Source of the DNA: Rebecca billardiae RCC1528
Taxonomy: Eukaryota > Protista > Haptophyta
Direction of reading: 5' to 3'
DNA: 64,000 nt
Assembly (NCBI GenBank): GCA_965240325.2
Contig: OZ251230.1
Location: 1,922,001 to 1,986,000, forward strand
This document shows positions 23,863 to 35,723 of the stretch, piece by piece. Position 1 is the stretch's first letter, and every line of letters starts with the position of its first letter. The position numbers and the translations under genes are program-made. The notes beneath the pieces were generated by a model that was not told where the DNA came from, did no database searches, and saw nothing but the letters and a program-made list of their open reading frames with translations.

Positions 23863-25854
23863 GACCATGGAAGCGAGTCACACCGGAGTAATCTTTTTCC
23901 GTAAGCAGGTTACTCACCACATTTGGTTGGGGCCCAAAAACGTCCTTCCACAGCCTAACCACCCAACCATTCCAAGAGTGGCCAGCCGGACTACGATCAC
24001 CGGACCTAACCAAGGTCGCCGGACAGAGAGCCAGTGCCCAACCATCACAGCCGGACTGCGCTACCGGACCTAACCAAGTTCACCGGACAGCCGGCTGGTG
24101 CCTAACCAGCTAACCTTCCCAGCCGGACAGCGATTACCGGACCCGTCACCCGTGCTAGCTAAGAATCTTAAAAAAGCATTTCAAAAACATTAAAACAATG
24201 CGCTGATGATGTGATCTGAATAAAGATGGCTGCCGCTTTGCCGCCTGACGACGAACGTGGGGTGCCCATCCAACCTAACCACCCAACCAAGTTTCGTCGC
24301 GGAGCGGACTCGCGGCCTTTCATCAAGCGAATCGGCGTTAGCGACGCCCGCGCCGCCCGCGAGCCAGCGCAGCGCCGGGACGGGCGCGGTAGTGGCTGCG
24401 CCAGGAGCGGCAAAGACGCGATGCTCTCGATGCGGGCGCTCGCGAGGGCGCACGTGCCGCGGCCCCCGCGCCCCCATTTTGTTCCCCGCTGCCGGACACG
24501 CACTGCTGCTGCCAGCGGCTTACTGAGAACGCCGTCCGCGGCCTCCGCGGGGCTGCGCGCGCCTCGATCACAGCACGAGAGGTGTGCATCCCAGACCTCC
24601 CCGCTGTGCATGATGCATGCCGCGCGTCAGCTGGCTCGAGCTGCCCCACCCGCCCCCGCGCCCCATTTTGCGTCTGTCAACAACAATCCGCACACGACTT
24701 CTTCCAGCGGTGCCAGACCGCGAGCGAGCAGCGCCGGCGCCGCGCGGCGAGCCGCCGTGGTGCCGCTCCAGCAGTTGCAGCGGCAGCGGCGCGAAAACGA
24801 CGGTAGCGTCCCCGCCGCCATAATCTGGACTCGCAGTGTGGCTGCTCGCACGAGCTCCCGCACCGCACGGACCAGCTGCGCTCGTGCGACGTGCGCTAAC
24901 TAACGCGCACACGAGAAAATGGTTGGGTGGTTAGGTTAGGTTGGCACACCCCACTTCTCAAAGCTCGGTGGGGGCCGGCAGCCATGCTGATGCTCGCGCA
25001 TGCTGACCACGATGGTTGGGTGGTTAGGTTGGATGGGCAACCATCTCACGACCAGCCGGCTGGCTGAGAGCCGGCAGCCATGCTGGCGCTCATGCTGGCG
25101 ACGAAACTTGGTTGGGTGGTTAGGTTGGATGGGCACCCCTCTCGCGTCCCGTGAGTCCAGGCCGGCCGGCCGCGGCGGCCGCGCGGACGCACGGGACGCA
25201 TGGACGGCCGGCAGCCTTGCTCATGCTCGCACTTGCTGGCGACGAAACTTGGTTGGCTGGTTAGGTTGGATGGGCACCCCTCTCGTCACTGGCCGAGCCC
25301 GAGAGCCGGCAGCCATGCTGATCCTCATGCTGGCTGCCGAAACATGGTTGGCTGGTTAGGTTGGATAGGCACCCCCCTCGTCGCTGGCCGAGCCCGAGAG
25401 ACGGCAGCCATGCTGATCCTCATGCTGGCTGCCGAAACATGGTTGGCTGGTTAGGTTGGATAGGCACCCCCCTCGTCGCTGGCCGAGCCCGAGAGACGGC
25501 AGCCATGCTGATCCTCATGCTGGCTGCCGAAACATGGTTGGCTGGTTAGGTTGGATAGGCACCCCCCTCGTCGCTGGCCGAGACCGAGAGCCGGCAGCCA
25601 TGCTGATCCTCATGCTGGCTGCCGAAACATGGTTGGCTGGTTAGGTTGGATAGGCACCCCCCTCGTCGCTGGCCGAGACCGAGAGCCGGCAGCCATGCTG
25701 ATCCTCACAGCATGTACTAGTATCATCATGGTTGGGGCATGGTTAGGTGCACTCTACCCTATAGCTAGGCTGTATTCGCCACCCCCTCAATTTTCCCATA
25801 GAAAGGCTTCTATAGCAAACACACCTGGGTATAGTATAACTCGCTTCCACACCC
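23863..25854. mobile_element. TIR element with 8-bp TSD GGACCTCA and CCTAACC-rich subterminal repeats
   Basis: GGACCTCA at 23855-23862 and 25855-25862. Imperfect TIR core TGGAAGCGAGT / ACTCGCTTCCA. CCTAACC motifs on the left face GGTTAGG motifs on the right. Confidence 0.85.
24918..25750. repeat. 95-bp tandem array within the 8-bp-TSD element
   Basis: Units start at 25251, 25346, 25441, 25536 and 25631 (GGTTGGCTGGTTAGGTTGG...). More diverged copies at ~24920, 25013 and 25110. Confidence 0.92.
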
Positions 25855-26319
25855 GGACCTCACCCTCAAGAAGATCGCCAAGATGGGGCGGGACACGTGG
25901 CGCGCGCGCCTCAGCGCGCCCTCGCGCCCCGCCGCCGAGCGCGCGCTGCTCGGCACCATGCGGCGCGAGCTGGGCATGCGCTGCCTGCGTGGCCAGGCCA
26001 AGATGCTCATCGCCCGCGCGCGCATGGCGCACGTGCGCCCGGGGGCACGCGCCCGCGGGGGCACTGCGTACGACGACTACTTCGAGACGACGGCTGACGA
26101 CGCGTGGCACCGCGACCACCGCGGTGGCGCGCGCGCGTCGACGCCAGACGGTGCGTCGAGCTTCCGCTCGGCGATGGAGTGATGGGCGACTACGAGGGGG
26201 GGGGGACGACGGCGAGGAGCGCTGATCCTGGTGTTTGTCTCTGCTGCTCGATCTGCCGCTACAGCTTGCTGACTCTGACGCCTGCCCGTTGCATACCACG
26301 TCGTTAATATATATATATA

Positions 26320-29300
26320 CAGGCAATCGCGGGCAATAAGAAGTGAAAGATCTCACGGCTAGTTAGTCTCGGTCGTTTCTTAGCTAGATCCGCCCGCCGC
26401 GCAGGCGCGGGGGGCGCAGGGGGGCTGAGTCACCGGGCTGAGCCCCGGCTGCCGACAGTGCCGTGAGTCCGTTTAGCTACTTATTATTTATTAGGCCCGG
26501 CCGGCGCCGGAGGCCGAAGAATAATTTGGGCCATTTTGGCGGAGCAAATCTGGCATATATATGATGTTGCATGGACAGCACTGCGGTGCACTGGCCAGGA
26601 GAGTGTCATCAGGAGAAGTCGGGAATCCTTGCCCGCCTTGGCCTGTACTCGTAGTCGGGCCGCGCGCCGCCGGTCCCACTGGCACTTGCGCCTCGGCGGC
26701 GGACCACTCCCGCACTCGTCAGCCGCGACGACATAGTCCCGGTTTCTTAGTGATGTGACTATGCGTATAGCGAACCTGCCAATCGCTAGTCTCAGTTTCT
26801 AGGCCAGATCCGCAGATAGCAAGCCCCAGTTTCTTAACGTGACAGCTGGCCTTATTGCCCGAGTCCACTCCACCGAAATCGCGGGTCTGCCCGGCCTCCT
26901 CGCTCTCCAAATGCCCGGGGGGGGGGGGGCCGGGCAGATTGCGCGCGTGCCCGGCCTCCGTGCATGCACGCGGCGTGCGCGGAGATCATACGGCGATCGC
27001 CCGAGATCATAAGTCGCGTGCGCGGGCCGCCCTACCGCGGGGTGCGCGCGCGTGTTCGCACCCTGGCCGCCCGCATCGCCCGCGGCAGGCCGTCGCGCGC
27101 GCTCGCGGGCGGGCGCTAGGGTGCCCGGAACCCGATCGCGCTGTCGGTTCGCGCCCGCGCGCCTTCCGCCGCCGCCGCGGCCCGCCGGAACGCCCGCAAC
27201 GCACTGCCTGTATGGCCCGGTGAAAGCGCGGCCGCGTGGCGAGGCGAGGACGGCGATGTCAGGGCGGCGCGCGTGCGTGTGACGTGTCTCGTGCGGTACT
27301 CTCGTCGACGGACCAGCGTCACGCGCGCCGCGGCTCCCGTTCCGACCACGCGCCGCGCGCGTGCCGCTCGGCGCGGCTGAGCCACTCGGCTCTGACGGCT
27401 CGTCGGTCAGCGCGGCCAAGTCGCACCCGTGACGGGCAGACGAGGCCGCGCGCCGGCTCCACGGGCGCAGGACTACGCGCGCTATCCTCCCTCCGCGAGG
27501 CGTAGGCGGCTGCGCCTCGAGACTGCCGCCGCGGCCGTGCCGCGCCCGAGCGTGTGATCAGACGGCACCGCGGGCACGTACCAGCAGTGGGACGCGGCGC
27601 GCGGCGCGGCGCGTCGAGCGGAGTCACGCGGACGGCACGGCGACGACCCGTGACGGGCAGACGAGGCCGTGTTCTTCGGGCGCATGCCTGCACGCGCTAT
27701 CCTCCCTCCGCGAGGCGTAGGCGGCTGCGCCTCGAGACTGCCGCCGCGGCCATGCCGCGCCTGAGCGTGTGATCGGACGGCACCGCGGGCTACACTTAGC
27801 ACTACGGCCACCTCATGGCGATGGCTGGCCAGGTAGTGCGGCACGTCCATGCCTCCGGATGGGCATCGAGCGGTGGCGTGGTCGCCGAACCGCGTGGCGT
27901 AGTCCCAGAGCAGGTTGCTATCAGCCCTGATAAGCCCAGCGCTAGCCAGCATGTCCGTCGATGATGGCCGCGCTGTTGTCAAATGTCAGTCGCGACACAC
28001 GTATTTGCAGCATCGCTCAGCGGCAGCTGTCTGACGCAGTCGCACGACTACTGCGCAGCCAACCTTGCTCGTCAGACGCACGGCGTGTGGAGTGAGACGG
28101 AACAGTGACAGTTCGGCATCCTCGCACGACATGCCCGAGAGTTCAGCATTCAGAAGGGTGACCCTGGCCCCTACTTGCCCATCCTTCCCATACTGCTCAG
28201 CTTCACGCGCGCCGGTCGCACGAGCCCGAGGACGTGGACGTGGACGTGAGAGTGGTCGAAAAGTTTGAAGGGAAGTTGTCACTCATGACCACGCGCTCGT
28301 ACGGCCACGCCGACCTGCCTACGCCTCACCCCGGTGACCCGGCCGTGGCGCGCGGTGGGACGGGCATTCACGCCCACCATGGCTTCCCTTCAAACTTCAT
28401 CTGGATGACCCACGTACTGTACAATAGATGCTAGCGCAGTGCCGGCAGTGGGCCGCGGCGTGTGGCGCTGCTCGTCGAGTGGAGTCATGCGGACGGCACA
28501 GCGACTAACAACATGCGTCGTCTCTCGAGTGTTGGTAGCTCTACAGATGAGCACGTGATTCCACACATCGCTAGGCTGAAAGTCGTGTTGGCCCGTGAGC
28601 TGGTTGGCTGCCAGTCTGTGTCACAGCAAGCCCGCGCGCCTGACAGGTGCTGGGCTGCAGGCTGGAGTCAAGAGTGCAAGTCATTTGCGACGCGTGCGTG
28701 ACTGACTTCGTGCTGCAGGGACACGCAACGCGGAGCAAGCGCTACGGGCCGGACTCTTGCCCGAGGAGTGCGTCTGATCGTCGCCGTGCCGTCCGCGTGA
28801 CTCCGCTCGACGCGCCGCGCCGCGCGCCGCGTCCCACTGCTGGTACGTGCCCGCGGTGCCGTCTGATCACACGCTCGGGCGCGGCACGGCCGCGGCGGCA
28901 GTCTCGAGGCGCAGCCGCCTACGCCTCGCGGAGGGAGGATAGCGCGCGTAGTCCTGCGTCCGTGGAGCCGGCGCGCGGCCTCGTCTGCCCGTCACGGGTG
29001 CGACTTGGCCGCGCTGACCGACGAGCCGTCAGAGCCGAGTGGCTCAGCCGCGCCGAGCGGCACGCGCGCGGCGCGTGGTCGGAACGGGAGCCGCGGCGCG
29101 CGTGACGCTGGTCCGTCGACGAGAGTACCGCACGCCTCGCCACGCGGCCGCGCTTTCACCGGGCCATACAGGCAGTGCGTTGCGGGCGTTCCGGCGGGCC
29201 GCGGCGGCGGCGGAAGGCGCGCGGGCGCGAACCGACAGCGCGATCGGGTTCCGGGCACCCTAGCGCCCGCCCGCGAGCGCGCGCGACGGCCTGCCGCGGG

Positions 29301-29714
29301 CGATGCGGGCGGCCAGGGTGCGAACACGCGCGCGCACCCCGCGGTAGGGCGGCCCGCGCACGCGACTTATGATCTCGGGCGATCGCCGTATGATCTCCGC
29401 GCACGCCGCGTGCATGCACGGAGGCCGGGCACGCGCGCAATCTGCCCGGCCCCCCGGGCATTTGGAGAGCGAGGAGGCCGGGCAGACCCGCGATTTCGGT
29501 GGAGTGGACTCATTCTATGATTTTAACGACACAGGTAGGACGGCGCAGGTCTCCTGATTCGTCGTCGGCAGTGCCCGATCGTCGACACGAAGTCGGCGCT
29601 GGTGGCAGAGCATAGCCTGAACCGCGATCGAATGGCTTGAGCGCGGCCTTGAGCTGCTGGAGCGCGATCCACCTGCGCTGCGCGGCTCGAGTGGACTCTG
29701 CCCGCGATTGCCTG
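26320..29714. mobile_element. Tc1/mariner-type MITE (~550 bp, TA TSD) whose right TIR is split by a later insertion
   Basis: Left TIR CAGGCAATCGCGGGCAATAAG at 26320-26340. Right TIR is CTTATTGCCC (26851-26860) plus GCGATTGCCTG (29704-29714). TA on both flanks. Confidence 0.85.
26861..29698. mobile_element. Foldback element with ~730-780-bp arms, GAG...CTC termini and 5-bp TSD TGCCC
   Basis: Arms 26861-~27644 vs ~28780-29511. TGCCC at 26856-26860 and 29699-29703. A second GAGTGGACTC end lies at 29689-29698. Internal direct duplication ~27425-27575 / 27646-27790. Confidence 0.88.
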
Positions 29715-30783
29715 TATTGCGAATTACTATTATTTTAGTATTGATGTTTAAACATACAGTGCCGATATGACAGTTAATTATTACGTACTTAAGTTTGGAA
29801 GTACAGCTACTAATGCTTGGGTGAATCTGCTTATTATGATGAGTCCGGTGTGAACGGCCACCCGGTGACCCGGTGAACCGAGTGTGATTGATGAGTGATT
29901 GATGTGTGCCGACTCAGACTACAACGGAACCGAGTCAACTGCGGTCGTCAGTCAGGCCCTTGGCGCACCGACCGGAGTGCCCGTCCACCCGTCCCAGAAC
30001 GCCCCTGAGCCCGTCTTCAGCTCAGCGGGCTCAAAACCTGCCGACGGCAGGTTTTGAGCTCAGTGACTATGAAATGGGCTGGCAACGAATAGCTGCGGGT
30101 ATTTTTCAATACCAGGGAGCCTTATTGATGTAGGGGGCTGGGACGGGTGGAGTGCGCGTGTCGTCGATGACTGCTGGGTGGATGTCCCATTTTCTGGCGC
30201 ACTTCCGCACTGGGGAGGCGGAAAAGCGCCATTTAATACGAAAATAAGCGAATAAAAAGGCAATTATGGCCCGCGGTGTAGGGCGGAGCGCGTAGCGTGG
30301 AGCCCCGCCGGGGGCCCTCACTACGTTGTCAAAAAGATCTTTTGATCAAAGAAAAGGGGACGGGGGACGATTTTGAGGGCTGTCGGAGGGTGAGTTTTCG
30401 CTTTTTTGAGGGGTACCTTGGCCCATTGCTCTGCATTAGCCAGACGCATTGACGAAATAGCCGCGCCCACTCCAATTCCGTATCTACGGACGGACGTGAG
30501 TAATACGTAACCGCTGGACGTGCCTTTGTCAGTATATCTGGGTAGTGAACGAATATCTAGCTGCGATTTGTTGTAAATATTCATACGGAACAAAACTTGG
30601 TCGCCAGCCCGGGACCAACCGGACCCAGGGCCGGACGTGTTTTTTAAAAGTGCATGTGCACGGGGGTCCTACAGTAGCAGGGTATTCTACCAAGGGGGTT
30701 CCCGTTCAATCTTCCGACGATACGGTTGAACGTGCATGGTCGTAAATGGACATGGTTCCCGCGGAAGCCACTAGCTACAGTAG

Positions 30784-30871
30784 AGGGCGCACTGCAGATG
30801 AAAAGATGATCACTCCGTACCCCCATAAGGGCGCACTGCAGATGAAAAGATGATCACTCCGTACCCCCATA
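30784..30871. repeat. Perfect 44-bp tandem duplication
   Basis: AGGGCGCACTGCAGATGAAAAGATGATCACTCCGTACCCCCATA x2. Confidence 0.95.
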
Positions 30872-33800
30872 GTAGGGTATTCGTGATACGAATACAGCAC
30901 GCAGACGAAATTGCACTTGGGGCAAGGCCCTTCGGACGACTCGCGCCGGTGACGCCGGCGCGACCGCGACGCGTGGAACTGCGGAGCCCTTGACTCGGAC
31001 CGCCGCGGGACCGCGTGCGTGCGCGTGCCGCCGCAGTACGCCGCGGTGCGCGAGGTGGTGGCGGGGGCCGGCCGGCCGCTGCCTCTCGCCCTCGCACTCT
31101 GCTCTCCCCGAGCGCGCCTGTCGCCTCGCACGGGCCCCGCGACCTACTCCGTCTCGCCCGGCCCTCGCACTCCGCTCTCACCGAGCGCGCCCACCGGTCC
31201 GTGTCGTCTCGCCGGGCCGCGTGGCCGAGTCACGCCGAGTCGGCGCGCGCCGAACAACCTACCCGCAGGCGCGTTCGTCGCTCGAGGAGGAGCGAAGGGC
31301 GAGCCGAGTCCGGAGCACTACGCGAGCTCGTCGCTTGAGGAATGAGGACGGGAGCGTGCCGCGACGGCACGCCGCAGCGGAGATGAGCCGGATGCGCCCG
31401 GAGCTAGTAGTGCGGCTGAAGGGCGAGCTCGAGCTCGCGAGCTCGCTCCTCGACGCCGAGCGCGAGCTCCTCCTCAACTCGGTCGTCGACCGCGCGCCGG
31501 AGGTGCAGCAGCAGCAACTCGGCGAGCACGCACGGCCACGGGCTGCCGATTGTCACGGCCTGCCGCGCTGGCCGCCGCCGCTGCGTGGCTTCGAGGCCGA
31601 CGTGGCGGACGAGGAGGCGGCGGGCGAGCACGGCGCGGCGCGGTGGAGCAGGCGCGCACGCGCGGCGGCAGGCGCGACGCGCCGCTCGCCTCGTTCCGCA
31701 CTCCGAGGCTCCGCTCGGTCTCGCCTCTGGCGTGGGGCCAGCAGTGCCCGCTGGCCGAGGGGCGCGCGCTCTCGCTCTGCCCGGGCACGAAGCGCGCCGG
31801 CTGAGCGACCAGCGGCCCGTCGTCGAGCGCATGGCGCAGCGCGAGCACCTCAAGCAGGTGCGCCCGCACGCCCGCCCGCGCCGGCCCGCCGCCGGCGCGG
31901 CGCCTCTTGCCCTGCGCGCGCGCGCCGCCCCGGCGGCTGCGCTTCCCGCCGCGCGGCCCGCGGCGACAGTCCTCGGCCCGCCATGTCAGTCAGAGTGTCA
32001 GACTGATCGACAGCAGCCGACGGAGGTTGCACCGCGGGCCCCTAACTACGTTGGTTCTACGGAAGGACCGCGGAACGCGGTCATTATATATATATATTTA
32101 TTTAACGATAAGAAATAAGCGCGCACGCAGTGCGACGAAATTTTTTCGGCGGCGGTGTAGTAATGCGAATCACCATAGATCTGCGTACGCGGCGTCCCGA
32201 GCACCCTACTCGGGGCTCAGCTGCGGCTCGGCCTGCGCACGCTCAGCAAGCTCGCGTGCGGCAGCCTTTCCGCCTTGCCCCGCCTCGAGCAGACTCACTA
32301 TGAGGATCGACGTATGAGTGAGCGTGTGCCGCCGAAAGCTGCTGTCCGACAGCCACCCGCGGCTGCAGCCGCTGGCCGCGGTGCCTGGCCTCGGCGCGGG
32401 CCCCGCAGGCGTCCTCCTCCTGCGCGCCTCCTCCAGGCGTTTGGGCCGCCGCCGCCTTGGCCGCCTCGTCCTCGTCGATCAGCTGAACGGCGGGAGTGAT
32501 GTCTGTGCTCAGCTGACTGCGACTTGACGAGCGAGGCGACGAGCGACAGCAGCCCGATGACCAAGCCGACGAGCTCGTCGTACGAGCCGTCACGCGTGCG
32601 CTCGTGCCGGGTCTGAGCTGGCTCGCGCTCGTACGCCGACCAGGCTTTGCTCGGACTGAACGCGTCTGCTCGGGCGTCTTTGCGTGTGCGCTTGGGCGGC
32701 CGCGGGCCGTCATCTGGTCCGACCGCGCGCAGCTCGAGCTCGGAAGCGTTGAGATGCTCCACGGTCGACTCGCTTTCTGCCTCAGGCTCGACCACGGCAG
32801 CAGGCCCCGCAGCAGCCGCCTGATAGCATCGGCAGGGGCCCCTGCGCCACCCGCCGCCGTCTGCACATCGGCCAGCTTGGCGCACACGCGCTGGACCACG
32901 GCCTCGCCGCGCTTGACGCGGATGTGGTGCCAGGTCGTCGTGCCAATCGCTTGGCGATTGGCAACGGGTGCGGGCACCTCGATCACGACAACGCCTGTCG
33001 CGTAGGCTGTGTAGCGATGACCGTCCACGACTCCGTCGCGGGTGGACGGCGCCATGCACCGGCACGCCATCGCGGCCGTGGACGCAAGTGAATTCATGAA
33101 TTGTTTTTGAATTCACTAATTCGCCCAGGCCGCTACGTTGAACTCGAGCACCAAGGGCGTTCCCTGGATCCTGCCACAGTCCACACGCTCCCGAAAAGCA
33201 AAGCCCCCGCTGCGGGGGCTTTGCCTTTTTCCGTATTCAATGTACCCGCTTCAAATGGACGAAGCCCGTTCCAATAGGAAGACGGTTCAATTTTGCGTAT
33301 GACCGATGTGGGGAACGCCCCTGGACAATGTTACAACCGCGATCTTTTGACTGTGTGAATGGGGCGCCGCCCCATGCTCAAATCCGATCGAGGAGAACGA
33401 AGTTGTAACATTGCCTGGTCCCTAGATACTATGCTGTCCGGGTCCAGTCCAGGGGCCAGGGCGGATCTGAGCAGCCGGACTTTCCGCCCGGACAGGCCAG
33501 AAAATGGGATTTTCACCCTGCGCTGTCGCCGCACTAAAGTTCTACGGACAATCACCAATCTGGAATAATAATTGCGATGAGGGCGCTCTGAACGTCCTAT
33601 GTAGTACGTTACCTGAGTGTAGTGTCATAGCTAGTACCGCTCCCGAGTGGCTCGGACTCAGCGGCTACTCGCGGTCTCGTCAGCGGCCTCAGCGGGTCAT
33701 TAGCTTATAGCTAACACTGACTCATACACTATTGAATCATACCGAGCTTCGCGCGCCGGAGCGCGGCCGATCGGCACCGAATTTCGTCACCGGCGCCGGA

Positions 33801-33977
33801 GCAGCTGGCCGGTACGCACCATCACGTCTCGATCTAGTGGTGTGTACATGCTATTACCGGTGCACTGCGTGCGTGCGTGATACGTGCTGCCGATCGTCAC
33901 ACCGGACGCCATGATGGTGGGCAGTACTGGGCACCACTCCGGCTCGCTGACGCTGAGCGTCAATGCTGCGGCTGGTG

Positions 33978-35723
33978 CTACACCGCCACCGCGACAGCCC
34001 TCCCATCGGCGGCCTCGATCGCCGGCGCGGCCGCCGCCAACCCCGCCACCCCGTCCGCGGCACCGTCGGCCGGCGCGGCCCGCAGCGGCGCGGCCGCGCC
34101 CGCCGCCTCGTCGCCGCGCCCGCCACCGCCGCCCGCGTCCGCGTCCGCGTCCGCATCCGCGTCCAAGCCGGCTGCGGCGGCGGGCGCTGGCTGGATGAGT
34201 GTGAGGCAGGGGCCGCACTGCAGCCCGCTCGCGTCGTCGCGGCAGAAGGCCACGATGGCGCCGGAGAGGAAGCAGAAGCACGTCGACGCCCACATGCACG
34301 CCGCGAAGCCCTTGGCCCGGTCCTCCGCCACGTACGAGTAGAGCGCCCCCGAGGTGAGCGTGCCCACCAGTCGGCCGATGGCGTTGGCCATGTAGTAGAA
34401 CCCGACGTTGGTCGCGACCTGGGGGAGCGGAGGGGGAGGGGGAGGGCGAGGGAAGGGGGGGCACGGGCGGCGTGCGGGCCGCGCGGCGTGAGACGCGTCG
34501 GCGCGCGCGGGCGGTCAGCGCCCCCTGCCCGGCGCGCGCGCGACCACCCGCGCCGCGCGCCGCCGCGCGCCGCGCGCGTGCCGCCGCGCCGCTGGGCGCA
34601 CCTTGTCGCCCTCGGCGTAGCGCACGACCAAGTACGAGTGGACCGACGAGTTGACGGCGAAGATGATGGCGAAGGAGGCGATGCCGCCGATGAGGTAGCC
34701 CAGCATGCCCGGCACGTCGCGCTCCGCGAACGCCGGCGCGTGGCTCGCCGCCGCGCCCAGCAGCGCGGTGATGGGGATGAGCGCTAGCGCCCACAGCACC
34801 GCGGCGTGCTTGTTGGGCGGCGCCTGCCGGAGCGGCCCGCTGACGAGCTGCGGCGTGTACGCCTGCATCTGGCCGTACACGATGATGTAGAGCGCGAGGA
34901 ACGCGCCCACCACCTCGCGCGGCAGCCCGAGCCCGTACGTCTCGTCGCGCAGGAAGTACGGCAGCGGCACCTCGAACCAGAGGTCGCGGCTGCCAAACAG
35001 AAACGTGCGCGCGAGCGAGAGCGTGTTCAGGTTGTAGTTCTTGTTGAGCAGGATCTGGCGGAGGGTGGCGGGCTTCTTGGCGGCGGTGCCGAGGCGCGCG
35101 TCCAGCCCGAACACCGCCCACGGGAACGCGAGCGCCACCAGCCCGAGCATCACGCCGAGCGCGATGTAGTAGCCGAGGGCCTCGTCCGAGCCGATCAGCG
35201 CGGCGCCCAGGAAGTAGCCCACGCCCTTGAGCGCGTTCTTCCAGCCGGTGAGGAGGGCGACGAGCTTGAAGAGGCGCGACTGCTTCTCGTCGGGCGTCAC
35301 CAGCTTCGTCACCGTCTTGCCGCCCAGCTTGGTCAGGTCCTTGGCGATGCCGCAGAGCATCTGCGCGAGCGTCACAAACGCGATGGCCGTCGGCTTCTCC
35401 CACTCGTCCTGCCAGCCCATCAGCATGCCGAGGCCGCACATCTGCAGCGCGAGGCCGACGAGGAGGGTCCACCGGATCCCCCACCGATCGCCCAGCATCC
35501 CCGCCGCGATGTTCGTCACCACGCCCGCGAGCTCGTACAGCGTGAACATGACGGCGACCTCCATTGCCGTGAAGCCGCGGTTGTACGCGTGCAGCAGGAC
35601 GACCATGCGCACGCCGCCGTCGGTGACGGTGTAGAGGAGGTACGAGATCGAGATCACGATGAACGGCTTGAGCCCGCCGCCGCCCGCCCCCTGGCTCGGC
35701 GCCGCCGCGTCCTCCGTCCCCAT
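33978..35723 (-). CDS. arsJ: Organoarsenical efflux MFS transporter ArsJ (exons 35723-34602 and 34418-33978)
   Basis: Motifs recalled from ArsJ: TVTDGGVRMVVLLH, LYELAGVVTN, AQMLCGIAKDLTKLGGK, LTGWKNALKGVGYFLG, ARTFLFGSRDLWF, FAVNSSVHSYL. GT-AG intron 34601-34419 restores ...GDKVATNVGFYYMANAIGRLVGT. Confidence 0.92.

Larger units (their letters stand above)
23697..26319 (+). mobile_element. 5'-truncated non-LTR retrotransposon remnant (CRE-like, restriction-like endonuclease C-terminus), interrupted
   Basis: Removing 23863-25862 rejoins one frame: ...LDREVYG...GPYEARLDTFPAIVPIVVGAFGEWSAEVDLTLKKIAKMG...RRELGMRCLRGQAKMLIAR...stop 26182. It then ends in (TA)n. Family assignment is from recalled motif similarity. 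Confidence 0.6.

Noticed and set aside
24918-25050. Telomere or interstitial telomeric array
   Set aside because: GGTTAGG motifs are isolated within longer units and bounded by TIRs and a TSD, not tandem telomere repeats.
25251-25706. CRISPR-like regular array
   Set aside because: Whole 95-bp units are near-identical with no unique spacers, there are no cas genes, and the context is eukaryotic. It is a minisatellite inside a TIR element.
33198-33230. Rho-independent terminator (hairpin plus T run)
   Set aside because: Eukaryotic nuclear context with no upstream gene; better explained as a repeat-element hairpin.
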